From assembly GCF_020745735.1 (NCBI RefSeq), contig NC_083417.1, positions 63,860,001 through 63,924,000 on the forward strand: a DNA stretch of 64,000 bases. Reading direction: 5' to 3'. This document shows, piece after piece, positions 1-11,759 of this stretch. A model generated the notes under the pieces. The model did not search any database and was not told the origin of the DNA. It saw only the letters and a program-made list of their open reading frames with translations. Each line of letters begins with the position of its first letter. Position 1 is the first letter of the stretch. The translations under genes were made by a program, and so were the position numbers. The stretch is from Hemiscyllium ocellatum. Taxonomy: Eukaryota.

Positions 1-345
1 CATTCACACTCATCCTTTCTCACACAAACGTACTCCCACACACTCACTCACGCTCTGTGCCAAGAACACGCACACTCACGTGCATGCTCTCACAAAAGAA
101 ATACTCCAACACAGTTACACACACTCCATCTCTCAAGCACACACTCTCTCAAGAGCATGTGCACATGCTCCTACACAAACACACACACGCACACCCCACA
201 CTCTCTCCATCAAACACACCCTCTCACACACAAGTTCACTCTCTCTCTCCATCACATACGCATGCACACGCAGGTATAAATCTATGGGGTGAATTTGCAT
301 TGGCAGATTTGTATTTGTAGATGCACTCTATTTTGTTCAAAAACC
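1..345 (+). mobile_element. CA-rich 3' portion of a Penelope-like element (window-truncated)
   Basis: Degenerate (CA/CT)-rich tract ending in TATGGGGTGAATTTGCATT...TTTTGTTCAAAAA. The same block at 55190-55640 directly follows a GIY-YIG C-terminal remnant. Confidence 0.55.
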
Positions 346-1780
346 ACGCAAAGAAGGAGTCAGGAAGGTTGATGAGGCCAGAGCGGTAGACATCATCCAA
401 ATGATTTCAGTAAGGCCTTTGATAAGATTCCGAGTGGCAGGCTGCTTTGGAAGAATAGATTATATGGAATCCAGAGGGAGTTGGAAAATTAGATACTCAA
501 TTGACTTGATGGTAGGAAGCACAGGGTAATAGTGGAAGGATGTTTGTTTTACTGGAGGCCTGTAACTAGTGGTGTGCCTCAGGTGGGGGTGCTGGGCCCA
601 TTGGTTTTGTTGACTATATTAATGATTTTTGGTAAGAATGTACAAGGCATGATTAATAGGTTTGTAGATGACATTAAAATAGTGTTATTATGCACAGGGT
701 GGAAGGTTATCAGAAAATGCAGCAGGATATTGATCAGTTGGGGAAATGGGCCAAGAAATGGCAAATGAAGATTAATATGGATAAGTGTGAGGCGTTGCAT
801 TTTAGAAAGTCAAATCAAGGTACGAGTTTCATGGTGAATGGTTGAGCCTTAAGGAGTGTAGTGGAACGGGGGAACTTGGAACTCAAGTTTCACAGTTCTC
901 TGAAAATGAAGTCATGGGGAGACAGGGTAATGAAGAATGCTTTTGGCACACTTGCCTTCATCAGTCAAATCATTGAGTATAGACGTTCGAAAGTTATGTT
1001 GCAGTTGTATAGGACATTAGTGAGACGGTGTTTGGAGTATTGTGTTCAGAATTGGTTACCTTGCTGTAGGAAGGATGCTATTAAACTGGAAATCGAGTAG
1101 AAGAAATTTACGAGGACGTTTCTAGGACTCAACTGTCTGAGTTATAGGGAGAGTTTAGACAAGGTATGGCATTTTTCTTTCAAGCACAGGAGACCTAGGG
1201 GCAATCTTTTAGAAGTGTATAAGGTTGTGTGACGCATGGGTAGGGTGAATGTATTCAGTCTTTTTTTTCCAGGGTTGGATAATCGAGGACTACAGAGCAT
1301 CACTTTAAGTTTACAGGAGAGAGAATAAAAGGGAACCTGAGGGGCAACATTTTTACACAGAGGGTAGTAAGCAGATGGAGTGAGCTGCAAGTGAAAGTTG
1401 TTCTGGTGTATACATTAACAACATTTAAAATGTAGATCGATAAACACATGGATAGGAAAGGTGTAGAAATATCCACTTTACTCTGGGATAGTGAAATCCG
1501 CTGATTCATGATCTTTAGAGAGAAATAAAAAGGGACTATAAAGCAACTCTTGAATAGGTACATGGAAGATAGTACAATGAAGGGCATATATTAAAGTAGG
1601 ATAAAAGGTCAGCACAACATCGAGGGCTGAATGGTCTTTACTCTGTCATACAGTTCTATTTTCTATAAGGATAGGTGTCAAGTGCGAGGAAGTGGAGTTA
1701 GTGTAGATGGACATTTTTTTGTGGCATGGATCAGTTTGGACCAAAAGGCCTGTCTCCATGTTGTAGGACACTGTAACTAT
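346..1780 (+). mobile_element. CR1 LINE, 5'-truncated, degenerate RT/C-terminal region and 3' end
   Basis: ORF fragments WRPVTSGVPQVGVLGPL, RFVDDIK, YRTLVRRCLEYCVQNWLP match CR1 ORF2 RT motifs (GVPQGSVLGP, FADD, LEYCVQFW); many stops. Confidence 0.92.
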
Positions 1781-3014
1781 TTATACACAGTCAGTCAGTG
1801 TGGCATTTTATAAATTCCCACTGTGGAAATAAAACCAATCTGGCTGCAAATTGAAATACAAACAGACTTGAAACGTAGCCTCACACCTAAAATGTATTGT
1901 CTGACTTGATGTATGACCTTTATTCTGATCAAGTCTGAATTTATCTTGGAGTAGTAACTTAAAAGAAATTCTGGGACTTCCATATTAATCAATCGAAAGC
2001 TGCAACTCCACTCTAACTGATTAAAGACTTTATCGCCATCTCGGTTTGTTCAATATATTCACACAAACTATGTGACCCTTTGACCTTTTACTTCTAAATT
2101 CTGTGCCCGATGTATTCTCTCTTCCCAGCTGCCTGAGGAAGGAGCTGCGGCTCTGAAAGCGTGTGGTTTCAAATAACTCTTTTGTAATACAACCCAGTGT
2201 CATGTGATTTTTTTTGCTTTCGAGAAGCGACTACTGGAATTGCTTTGAAGTATTGGCCCACAAAGAGTTACACGGAGACGATAATGGTTGCTAATCACAA
2301 CTCCAAACTTTTATTGACAGTTCAAAAATCAAAATGTAAGTGTATTTTGATATTGTTAATTATTGCAGCCCTGTCACTTTCAGATGATGTACCTCCCAAT
2401 GAAAAATCAACGTGATTAACTAAGTATCAACATGAGCAGCAGTACAACTGCGATGGACTGAATGTGAATTTTCCTTTTGTTGCTTGTATTCTTCCACGCT
2501 TCCATGACTTGTACTTAAGTTTGTCTAAGCAACGTTTTTTTTTGTGCCAAATGTGCTATGAAGTGATGTGATCCAAATATTACTAGCAGACTGCGGAGGC
2601 CCCATACATATCTTTAACCTATAGCAAATAAGACATTAATAAGGTAAAGGCATACAACTGCAACAATGGTCCAAACGCAAGAAGAAGGGAAGCTTAGCTG
2701 GAATTGAACAGCCTGGAGAGCTTTCACAGTAAAATATATTTATGGTTTGTAAGTGGGAAAAGAATATTACATTTTTCAACTCAAGGCAACAGAAATATAA
2801 TCTAGACAGAGAGACAACAGTAAATTGTTCCACCACCCTTCCTTGCTAACTCTTTCCTAAAATGAGTGAGTTGGTAAACTCATCATATATCAAGTTCACC
2901 ACACAAAAGTGTTCCTGAATAGGATTTTCTCAGAGTCTACGTCATTATAAAAAATAACTAGATTTCAAAAGAACTGCAGATGTTCGAAGACAATACTCCA
3001 TTCCACAAATTTCT

Positions 3015-3042
3015 CTGTGTGTGTGTGTGTGTGTGTGTGTGT
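3015..3042. repeat. (TG)n microsatellite
   Basis: Visible pure TG run; the paralogous, interrupted run is at ~58069-58094. Confidence 0.9.
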
Positions 3043-6000
3043 CTGCATATGTATTGAGTGCTTTCTGAATAAGAAGAGTAAATGGGGCAATTTTGATTTA
3101 CTATGCTTTGTTTTTCCTTGAACGGTCACTTGGGCAAAGTGTGTTAAAATTAATACACTGCAGAATTTTCATTTTTCTTGTTTCTCCTCATTGTGTTTGC
3201 TATTTCTTTAATAGTTTTATTAAGAATGCATATTTGCATACAATCTGACACGTATCAATACCTGCTTCTTGTTCAAAGTAAATTCTCCTGGGCATAGAGT
3301 ATCAATTTGTTGTTGAGTAAAGGAACATTGCGGACTTGTTCTCAGTGCTGAACATTTTATTGTCTATAAATTATATAATTGATGAAATCCAAACATGGGT
3401 GCATTTAAAAATGGTATACAATTGGAAGATTATGATTAGGAAATGAAAATAGTTCACCACTCCACCATCAGTCAGGGCAGTTTGAACAAGAAAATGTTTC
3501 GACTAAAAATGGAAATTGGTGATATAAGTTGAAGCGTTCACACATTCTCATCTATATCAGGAAAGCATTTCGAAAGTTTCACAAAGACATATGCAAAATG
3601 GAATGTCTGTCGGATGTGAACTGCAAGTGTGTTTCTAATAACACCGAAATGTAGATGAGACAAGATTGCTACTATTCATCACAAGACACATTTTCACTAT
3701 TCTGCAATACACAAAATTAAATTTAGCATAATGTATTGATGCTTTGAAGCTGAATGACTGAACCGCATCCGTTGTTTCACTTGATTAGCAACTCACAATT
3801 TTCAATATTAATTCTGTGGGTGGTTAAGGCAATAAGGTTAAAATGACGCAGCCTTCTGTAGAACTAACAGTTCGCCCACACATTGACCTTTTATGTGCTT
3901 TGTTGTTTGTAAAGATGCACCACCACTTCAGTTAATGCATTGTCAACTTGCTTCGATGTTGCAACAGTAAACTGCCATTGGAAAATCTACTGTGGTAAAA
4001 TTTTTAAAAAAATACCATTGGTGGACAACTGTGCAAATTCTGTTGAAAGCCTCATGGGCTCAAAACGGATCGTATTTTATTCTCTCTGGTTGTATCTTTA
4101 AATTAACAGCAGTTTAAATAGGTACATAACATAGGTTGATTCCACCGATTCTTTATAATGGCAAGTGACCTCAAATTTACTGGCTGTTGCAAGCAGAATA
4201 CATGAAGAATTATTTATAAGATGAAGATGAAAAAACTGTACTGTTGAGGAAATAGCACAGCTGAGACTATTTGAGTAGCTCTTTAAAAATGTCTGAACCC
4301 ATAAGATATTTAATATTTTGTGATGCCACGTGGATAGTTGTCAGCTCAGTGGCTGTATAACATTAGCAAAAAGGAAATTGGCATCTCCATTCAGGGCATA
4401 CATGGATTATTCCAAAGACTTAACCTTCAACAATTTCATATTCAATAACGTGAACGAGATTGACAATCACAATACAGCAAAGCACCACAGAACTCAAAAC
4501 ACTCAAGTGGGAACATGACTCATCAAGAGAAAACAGCCAATGTTGATTTGTAGTAGGTCGTATGGATTCTGTATTTACTGAATTTCGACCTATGCCCAAT
4601 AGAGCTAATGTTGTAGCATTACACAGTCACACTTAGAGAAACGTATTGGCTGAATATAAGTTTTAATAGATTCGGTAAGGTTTGGTTCAGAAAAACAGTT
4701 AAAACACTTTTAAACAAATACTTGATTTTTATACTGTAGATAACATTCTGTATAACGATATCACTGCATTGTTACATCAAGTAGAATCATACGGTATGCA
4801 GAAGCCTGAGTTGACATTACAGATAAATGAAAGCAAAATTTCTTGTGGATGGGTGGTAGTTTTCCTACCGCTGTGCAAGGAGGTTGGAGTCGGGTCCCAA
4901 CTACTTCAGTGGATGTGTAATGCCATTTCGGAAGAACTGGATTATAAAATATCAGCACCAATCTCATAACATTTGTATCTAAATATTTGTTCCCGATAAT
5001 TTTGTTTCTATGTAGACCGTGTGTTTTTTTTTCTACAAATGGGTGTATTCTGAAATTCATTCTTCATTTTTCTGCATTCTCGTTTTCTCTGTGCAATCAT
5101 CTCATCAAAGGCTAGTACTCGTTCAGTCTGCAAATCCAATGTTTGGCAATGTCAATTATGTATCATTTTATGCAGTGTTTCGAAGTAATTACCAGAAAAA
5201 CTATCAAACGCCGATTTTCTAAACAGCGTTAAAGTCCACAAAAACGCATTTCCTTCGTTATTACATGAATGTTAATGGTACTTCAGTGATATAAGTCAGT
5301 AAGGCCTACCTTGGCGGATATATATTTTTCTTTTCACATTATTGTCGTAACGATTTCTTGTCTCTGCTCAAATCCAACGCAGCACAATGCACGATTTCAG
5401 TTGCTTCTCCCTGCATGTGTCAGAATCCAAATATTTGCTTTCCAGCAAATTGCGACGAGTAAACAACAGTTGACCAGGGTTCAAGATGAGGTGCACAAAC
5501 CATATATGTTCGCACAATTCGTCTTATTGGAGCATTGTGATCCCTGCAGTCAATACATCATTCTGTCAATGCTCATGCCACAGGGTGATATTATTGACAC
5601 GAGCAGCAGATTTACAACATTAAGATTTTTTCTTTCCTCACAACTGAAGCATGGATGTATCTACAATCAGTTGTCACCTGAACATATCTTTCAGGAACCT
5701 GGCAATATTCCTTGAATGATTAAAGGATCGTCAGTTATCAGGTACATTCCTCATCATGGTTTGAAAGAGTCACTAACAGCTGGCCAATATTTAGAGAATA
5801 GACATGAACTGTTCTGGCATGATGTTGTTATACTATTTCCGTTAAAACATTTCTTTTCTTTACAATTTCAACATCTACCTAAAGGAATGAATGAACATAT
5901 TAGCTCTTCTGTGTATTTTGGCCCATTTGTACATTTGTTTGTCTGCAGCAAACAAAACGTAATAATATTTTAAATGTTTATTTAGTTCCCATATTCGTGA

Positions 6001-7201
6001 TTGCAAATATACATTCATTGTTAAGGCAATGCGAAGAGTAGCTTACAAGTCTGGACGGCACAAAGGTATTTGAAATGCTACACCGTATACAAAGTAGCAG
6101 TAACGTTTTCTTTGCATATTTCTTGAAATATTAGGGAATAATTTTGGAGACTAAGGGAAACCATCTCACTCTTTAAACTTCTTTACTGCGCAGACTTCTG
6201 GCATTGGTATCCTGCCTGATTTTTATATGACTCAAGGGAAAGATTCGCCTAGTTCTCTCTTAAACGTAGCAAAGCAAGTCGTTAGAACTGCATAATAGTA
6301 AGTGGATAATAGTAAGTGGATAATAGGCACCTGAAGACAGCTCGAACACTCAATATTCTAATTTACCGCCTCAGCTGCATATTCTTCCAATGCAGTACAT
6401 ATTCCTTAATTTTTGAGACACTAAAATCTATTTTACCATTCAACATACTCAGAGCACGCTGGGGCAGGTCAGTGCAAAGGTTCTCACATTTCTGCTTAAC
6501 GTAGTTGTAGGTAATCGACTGACACTCTGCTGAGACACTACCTTTCTATTCAAAATTCCCCCGGCCACCACAAACAATCTCCAGTATGTACCCCATCATG
6601 CCCAGTCAGCGCATCGCCAATTTCTCAAAGGCGAATAGAAATAAAGAATAAATATTGAACTTTTTCACAAAGCCCACGACAGGAGAATGAATACAATGTC
6701 TTTTGATACAGGGATAGGGGGAGCTGGTATAGAAACTCGGCCATATTGATTTTGTAAACTGCATCAGGTTGAGATGTTGTATTGTTTTTTGTTGCTCTTT
6801 GTCCTTATATCCCAACTGGCAGCACTTTCGAGCAAAGTTCCCGAACGCCAGGAACATTGCTTCAGTAACCACACACCCAATAACTGCAAAGTGAAATGGT
6901 ATTCCGACACGAGCTACAAGGTTGAAACAATGATTACATTATGGCGAATGTTGAATGAAAAGGCCTTAGCGTTGATTAGCAAATCTGATGCTTTCAGTAT
7001 ATCTGTTCAAATTGCATTAAGACGAGACAGAAAAACACAGGTAATATTTGAAGTAACGTCTTCATAAAATAAACTAGGCATTCGGGAATAATCTATGAAA
7101 GAGATTGTTGTTTAAGCAATTTCATAATATTAGCAGAGTGAATTCAATGAGAGAGGGACAGATTATATGTAATCAGATGATTTAATCAGTTTCTTCTCTT
7201 T

Positions 7202-7425
7202 TTATAGATATATGTCTTTAAGTAATTTTCCGGTAATTAGCAGTATTACTTCTTGAAGCATAACTTCACTCATTGTGTGTTCTATACTGGGAGATGTTCG
7301 AGTGCAAGCATCGGGATAGCAATTCTTTATAACTGCCTTGGTGTAAAGATAACAGGCAATGGGAACAAAAACAAACAGAAAATTATGAACGATAAACAGA
7401 TGCGTAAGTATATTTATGTCGATTA
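7202..7425 (-). pseudogene. TM + short cytoplasmic exon remnant of pseudogene A
   Basis: Reads T*IYLRICLSFIIF, then after a 1-nt shift (relative to copy C) LFVFVPIACYLYTKAVIKNCYPDACTR...KLLKDIYL*. The terminal stop (7202-7204) is at the same position in copy C. Confidence 0.6.
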
Positions 7426-8037
7426 TAAAGCATTTATTAACACGCTTACCTTCATTGCTCGCATCTTTGAATATGAGTGTTGAGACGTCATTTTGAGGTT
7501 ATTTGACGTTGGCGAGGCGTCTCCTGGACAGTTCTGGTCGCCCTGTTGAAGGGAGGATATCATCAAACTGGAGAGGGTTCAGAAAAGATTTACGAGGCTG
7601 TTGCTAGGAATAGAACGTTTGAGTTACAGGAAGAGGCTGGATAGACTGGGACATTTTTCACAGGAATATAGGAGGTTGAGGGATGGCAAGACAGCGGGGT
7701 TTTTTTCGAATCATGAGGGGTAAACACACGGTAATTGGTAGGTGACAATTTCCTATGGTGGGGGATTTCAAGACTTGGAGGCATTTTCTAAGGTGTGAGG
7801 CGAAAAATTTTAAAAGGAATGTGGGGGCACACTGTTACACAGAGAAGATTTCGTGTGTGAAATGAGTTTCCAGGGGAAGTGGTGAACTGAGGTACAGTTA
7901 CAATGATTAAAAGGCATGAATCAGAAATGTTTGGAGTGATATGAGCCAAGACCAGGCGGGTGCGGCTATTATAATTTGGGTTTATGGCTTGTATCGGCTG
8001 GCTGGGGTCTGTTTACGTGCTGTATGAGTTTTACTGT
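7426..8037 (+). mobile_element. CR1 3' fragment inserted in the TM exon
   Basis: CR1 C-terminal sequence (..LERVQKRFTRLL..) with 3' UTR; the same insertion is at 62837-63454. Confidence 0.85.
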
Positions 8038-8265
8038 TATTGACTTGGTGTATAAAAGGAAAGAATGTTTGCAAAGAATGACTAATAGTTGGTGATTTAA
8101 AGTATTGACAAGAAAGTGCCTTCAATTTTAATGTTTGCCTTACTATATTACAAAAGATTTCCGTGAACACTCTTCCTGAACAGTAATAGCCACAAAGTTT
8201 ACGCTTGAGATTTGTATAAATTGTACAGGAAGGTGAGTCTCTTTCTTGCACTGTTAGCTTCCTAC

Positions 8266-8564
8266 TTCAGGGATTATGTGTCGCAGCACCTGAAGTCTGC
8301 AGTGAGCTAGGAAAGGTGAACAGATATATGTGGTGTCACTTGGGATAGGTTGGATCTCAACCAAAGAGTTGGAAACTCCATACAGCCCATCGGGGTTCTT
8401 TGCATTAGTTATACGTATCACTATTGAGTTCTCAATATCATTTTTATATCAGGTGATCTGAGTTCCGACGGATGAAATGCAACTGTTTCACACGCGACCA
8501 TCAGAGACAACAGTGGAATTCATTTCAAGTGGCCTGCAGGCAATCTACAGTGAGCTTGGGGTCG
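8266..8564 (-). pseudogene. Ig C1-set exon remnant of pseudogene A
   Basis: After acceptor TTTTCTACAACTCAG: SLMVACETVAFHPSEL / IT*YKNDIENSIVIRITNAKNPDGLYGVSNSLVEIQPIPSDTTYICS. Aligns to the intact C1 (LLCETVPFYPDNFTLAWY...NGEGLFEVSSSL...YTCS); the core Trp is TGA (8449-8451). Confidence 0.88.
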
Positions 8565-9529
8565 CTGAGTTGTAGAAAACAAACCAAGTTATTACCGTAT
8601 TTTAACGTGGGAAATTGAATATAATTCAGATTAATATTTGGTAGTTTTATGATTAGAACACCATTCGAAAGTGATGCTTCTGTCATTTTAATGTTTCTCA
8701 CATCATCTGCACCTATGAATTCCATGGGCACGCCAGCATGCGATGAATTTCATGACAGCTGCATTTTCCTAGCTGTCAATTCGGAACAGGGATCACTGGA
8801 GTCGATAAGTTAACTCTGTTTTCTCTGCACCGACACTGCCAGACTGTCTGAGTTTCTCCAGCAACTTCTGCTTTTGCTTCAGATTTCCAGCATGCATAAC
8901 TCTTTGATTTAAATTTTGATAGCGCTGGGGTTAGGTAGAGCATCAAAATAGACCAACAGTCGTCTCTGCACTGGGGGAAGCACATTATTATAGATGATTT
9001 TCAATTATGATATGTTTACAACTTGTCCAGAATTTCCTCAGTTGTGCACATATTACATAATGTGCATAATAAGTATGTTATATTTGGAGGTCTAATTAAT
9101 CAGATTAAACTTCATTTGTTTTCGAGTTTCGAGAAAATTTGTAGCTCAGGTTGAGTTTCTGGATGTCGGTTTGCTCGCTGAGCTGGAAGCCTAATTTTCA
9201 TTTATTTCTAGTGCTCTGAGTCCGGTTTTATTTGTCTACCACGACACCACGAAAGGTGAAAGTACAATTTATCTGAAAATGTGCTGATATTCATGCTTTA
9301 GCTGACAAAAAAAAACGCAACACAATAATCATAAAAGCAAAACATAGTACTGCGGTTGCTGGAAATCCGAAACTAGCATGGAAATGGCTGGAGAAATTCA
9401 GCAGGTCTGGTGGCATCTGTGGAAATAAACAGATATGACTCTTCGTCAGTACTCAACCCTGCTTCTCTCTCCACAGATACACCATTTAAATCACAATAGA
9501 ACGCTATTGTGATGCATGATCAACAGTTC

Positions 9530-9852
9530 TTAGTACTGGTGATTGTCACCTACCATTCCCGCATCAGTGTGATCCGATACTTCTTGGAATACTGTACAGT
9601 ACTGAAGTCCAAAATCTTAGATAGTCGCTTGCAGCAAGCATAGGAGTGCACTCCCTTCATGTCTAGCACAAAATTGCTTTCTGGCATGGTCGGGAATTCG
9701 GAATCAATTCTGGCCCTGTTTCCACCAATGCTCATTTATCGAAGAATCCTCCCCAGAGGGTGGGGAAGAAGCTGATCAAGGCGATATGCTTCCTCTGGAT
9801 GCAAATACTTCTTTAGGTTTTTGAATAACACCGAAAACAGCGTGTTCCTCAG
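9530..9852 (-). pseudogene. Ig V(J) exon remnant of pseudogene A
   Basis: After acceptor TTTTCTGGCAG: (A)EEHAVFGVIQKPKEVFASRG ... HWWKQGQN*F ... SALLCLLQATI*DFGLQYC ... GNG. Matches the intact V (FSVTQTPKEINVNRG...WWKQ...VTIQDSGVYYC...NGTG); stops at 9704-9706 and 9617-9619. Confidence 0.85.
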
Positions 9853-10128
9853 CTGCCAGAAAATAGGGTCATAGATAATTTAATTGTACTGGGCAAAGCA
9901 TGCAGATCGAGGAGGGAGAAAAGATGTTATATTGCAGAATTATGTTTCCATAAATAAATATGCTATAAATTTATTTAGGTATGGTAATGATCAAAGAGGT
10001 ATTTACCTGTGCAAATAATATCCCTGAGAATCAAGTATCGGAAAACCATACTCGCTTTTCATTCTGAACACTAAATTTAATTGATACCTGTCAACACTAG
10101 CAGCGAGACTGCAACATTGAAAGATAAC

Positions 10129-10169
10129 TTCCGGTTAGAGTTCCGTCTCTTGTGAGGCTTATGACGTTT
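10129..10169 (-). promoter_or_regulatory. Putative ETS + CRE half-site promoter module of pseudogene A
   Basis: TTCCGGTT (10129-10136) and TGACGTTT (10162-10169); the same pair with near-identical spacing lies upstream of the intact gene. Confidence 0.45.
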
Positions 10170-10419
10170 GTCTTCCTGTAACTGCGGCTTCTGCAAATTG
10201 GCTTCTTTTGTTAGGCCTAATCTTTGCATTGACACTGAAAGTCATGCGTTGTTGACAGAAGGGGGAAGAATTCGGCAACTAAACATGGTGCGTCACATTA
10301 GTGCAAACAGTTGAACATTTTGTTGAGCGTCTCAAATGATGCAGAGAAATTCAGAATGCAAAGCAATTAGATGCCGCTCTTAGTTCTTTAAGATAAACTA
10401 AGAGAAAGTAGGAGACTAT

Positions 10420-11000
10420 ACATGCGACAGACGGCAAGTGAATAACTGAACTAAGAGCCAGGTTGATATAGATTCGAATGGGAACTGAAAAGGCAGATTA
10501 GAGAAGCTAAAAGAAAGATTATGAGTGGTGAAAAGCACACCAAAAAGTTTTTCCTGGCATTCACTGACTAAAGAGCTGCTAAGAAATCGATTGTGGCCGA
10601 TCAGTGTCCAAAACGTGGATTTAACAACGGTTGGCATGGCTGAACGACTGAATGCCAAATTGTAAATGTCTCCTTGAAGAGAGTGCTGCCCTGCTTATGG
10701 CGAAATGGTAGCTATTTCGTGCATTGAAGGTGTTTAAAATTGATATCAAGGAAGCACTGAAAAGACTTTTTATGTTACGCTGATAAGGAATTGGGCCTAG
10801 ATGAGATGTAAGCAATGTTACTAAGCCAAAGAGTGGCAATTGTGGACTCACTGGCTGTTGTGAGATAACTAAGGGAAATCGATACAAATTAATTGCAAAC
10901 TGACGTAGGAAATTGATAAAATGGAAAAATGCCTCAGAAAGCTTCAAGAATTTTGGCTGATCTTCAGATATACATACCAGTTCTTGCAAAATCAAAAATG
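10420..11000 (+). mobile_element. Old CR1/L2-like ORF2 fragment
   Basis: Degenerate LINE ORF2 linker-like sequence (..IDIKEALKRL..); heavily mutated. Confidence 0.45.
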
Positions 11001-11089
11001 TCCACAGTTGCGTCAGTGCATCTACGCTTTTTGTTCCTTATACTCTTCTGAAAAAAGTAAGCAAAACCTGGCTTTTGCTTCTTCATTAT

Positions 11090-11400
11090 GGGTGGCACAA
11101 TGGTTAGCACTGTTCCCTCACAGCGCCAGAGACTTGGATTCAATTCCCACTTTAGGCAACTGTCTGTGTGGAGTTTGCACGTCCTGCCCGTGTCTGTGTG
11201 GGTTTCCACCGGTTTCCTCCCACAGTCCAAAAATGTGCAGGTGAGATGAATTGGCCATGCTAAATTGCTCGTAGTGTTAGGTGAAGAGATAAATGTAGGG
11301 GGGTGGCTCTGGTTGGGTTGCTCTTCGGAGGGTCGTTGTGGACTTGTTGCACTGAAGGGCCTGTTTCCGTACTGTAAGTAATCTAAAAATAATAAAAAAA
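11090..11400 (+). mobile_element. tRNA-derived V-SINE (shark HE1-like)
   Basis: tRNA-like head GGTGGCACAATGGTTAGCACTG, V-domain core GTGTGGAGTTTGCACGT...GGTTTCCTCCCAC, CR1-like tail GGGCCTGTTTCC and A-rich end. Confidence 0.88.
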
Positions 11401-11759
11401 ATTCTCTCCTACATCAAAATATCTGGTCCCTTGCCTTCTCTGACAGAATCCATTTCCCATCTTCTTCATTTGTCCTGTTCGATTGCAGGACCACTGATGT
11501 GATATTGCATTTAATCTGTTATCTGTTATTATCAGGAAAACAATTAGCTCCTAAGATGGAATACACCCTAAAACGTCGTTGGTCCTAAAACGTTTTGCAA
11601 CACCAGCAAGACTAAGTAAAGTTAAAATACCATGTATCCATGTATTCATGCATGAACCTATTCCGTTTTCCTCCTTAAGTCAAATAGTACATGTGCTTCC
11701 ACTGCCGCCATAAAGTTATAGACAATAACATCCAGCCCCAACTGAATTGTCAGTGCTAA

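Larger units (their letters stand above)
1..8590. repeat. Segmental duplication copy A (paralogous to ~55290-64000)
   Basis: Collinear match through unique and repeat DNA at an offset of ~55.0-55.4 kb. One hand-aligned 60-bp block (5281-5340 vs 60292-60351) has 6 mismatches. Confidence 0.95.
7202..10125 (-). pseudogene. VJ-C1-TM Ig-superfamily receptor pseudogene (copy A)
   Basis: Remnant leader (donor at 10087), V exon (~9530-9852), C1 exon (~8266-8564) and CR1-split TM/tail exon (8038-8044 + 7202-7425). Same order and phase-1 junction logic as the intact gene at 36660-41227; multiple stops and frameshifts. Confidence 0.85.

Noticed and set aside
5311-5973. 134-aa and 85-aa ORFs partly conserved in copy C
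   Set aside because: No recognisable domain. The copy C frame is broken by a stop, and conservation equals the background duplication identity.
6606-6872. Minus-strand ORF open in both duplicates (also 61628-61963)
   Set aside because: No motif or convincing splice sites; the shared frame is explained by recent common ancestry.
11090-11160. tRNA-like sequences (also ~18880-18950)
   Set aside because: These are SINE heads continuous with a V-core and a CR1-like tail, not tRNA genes.
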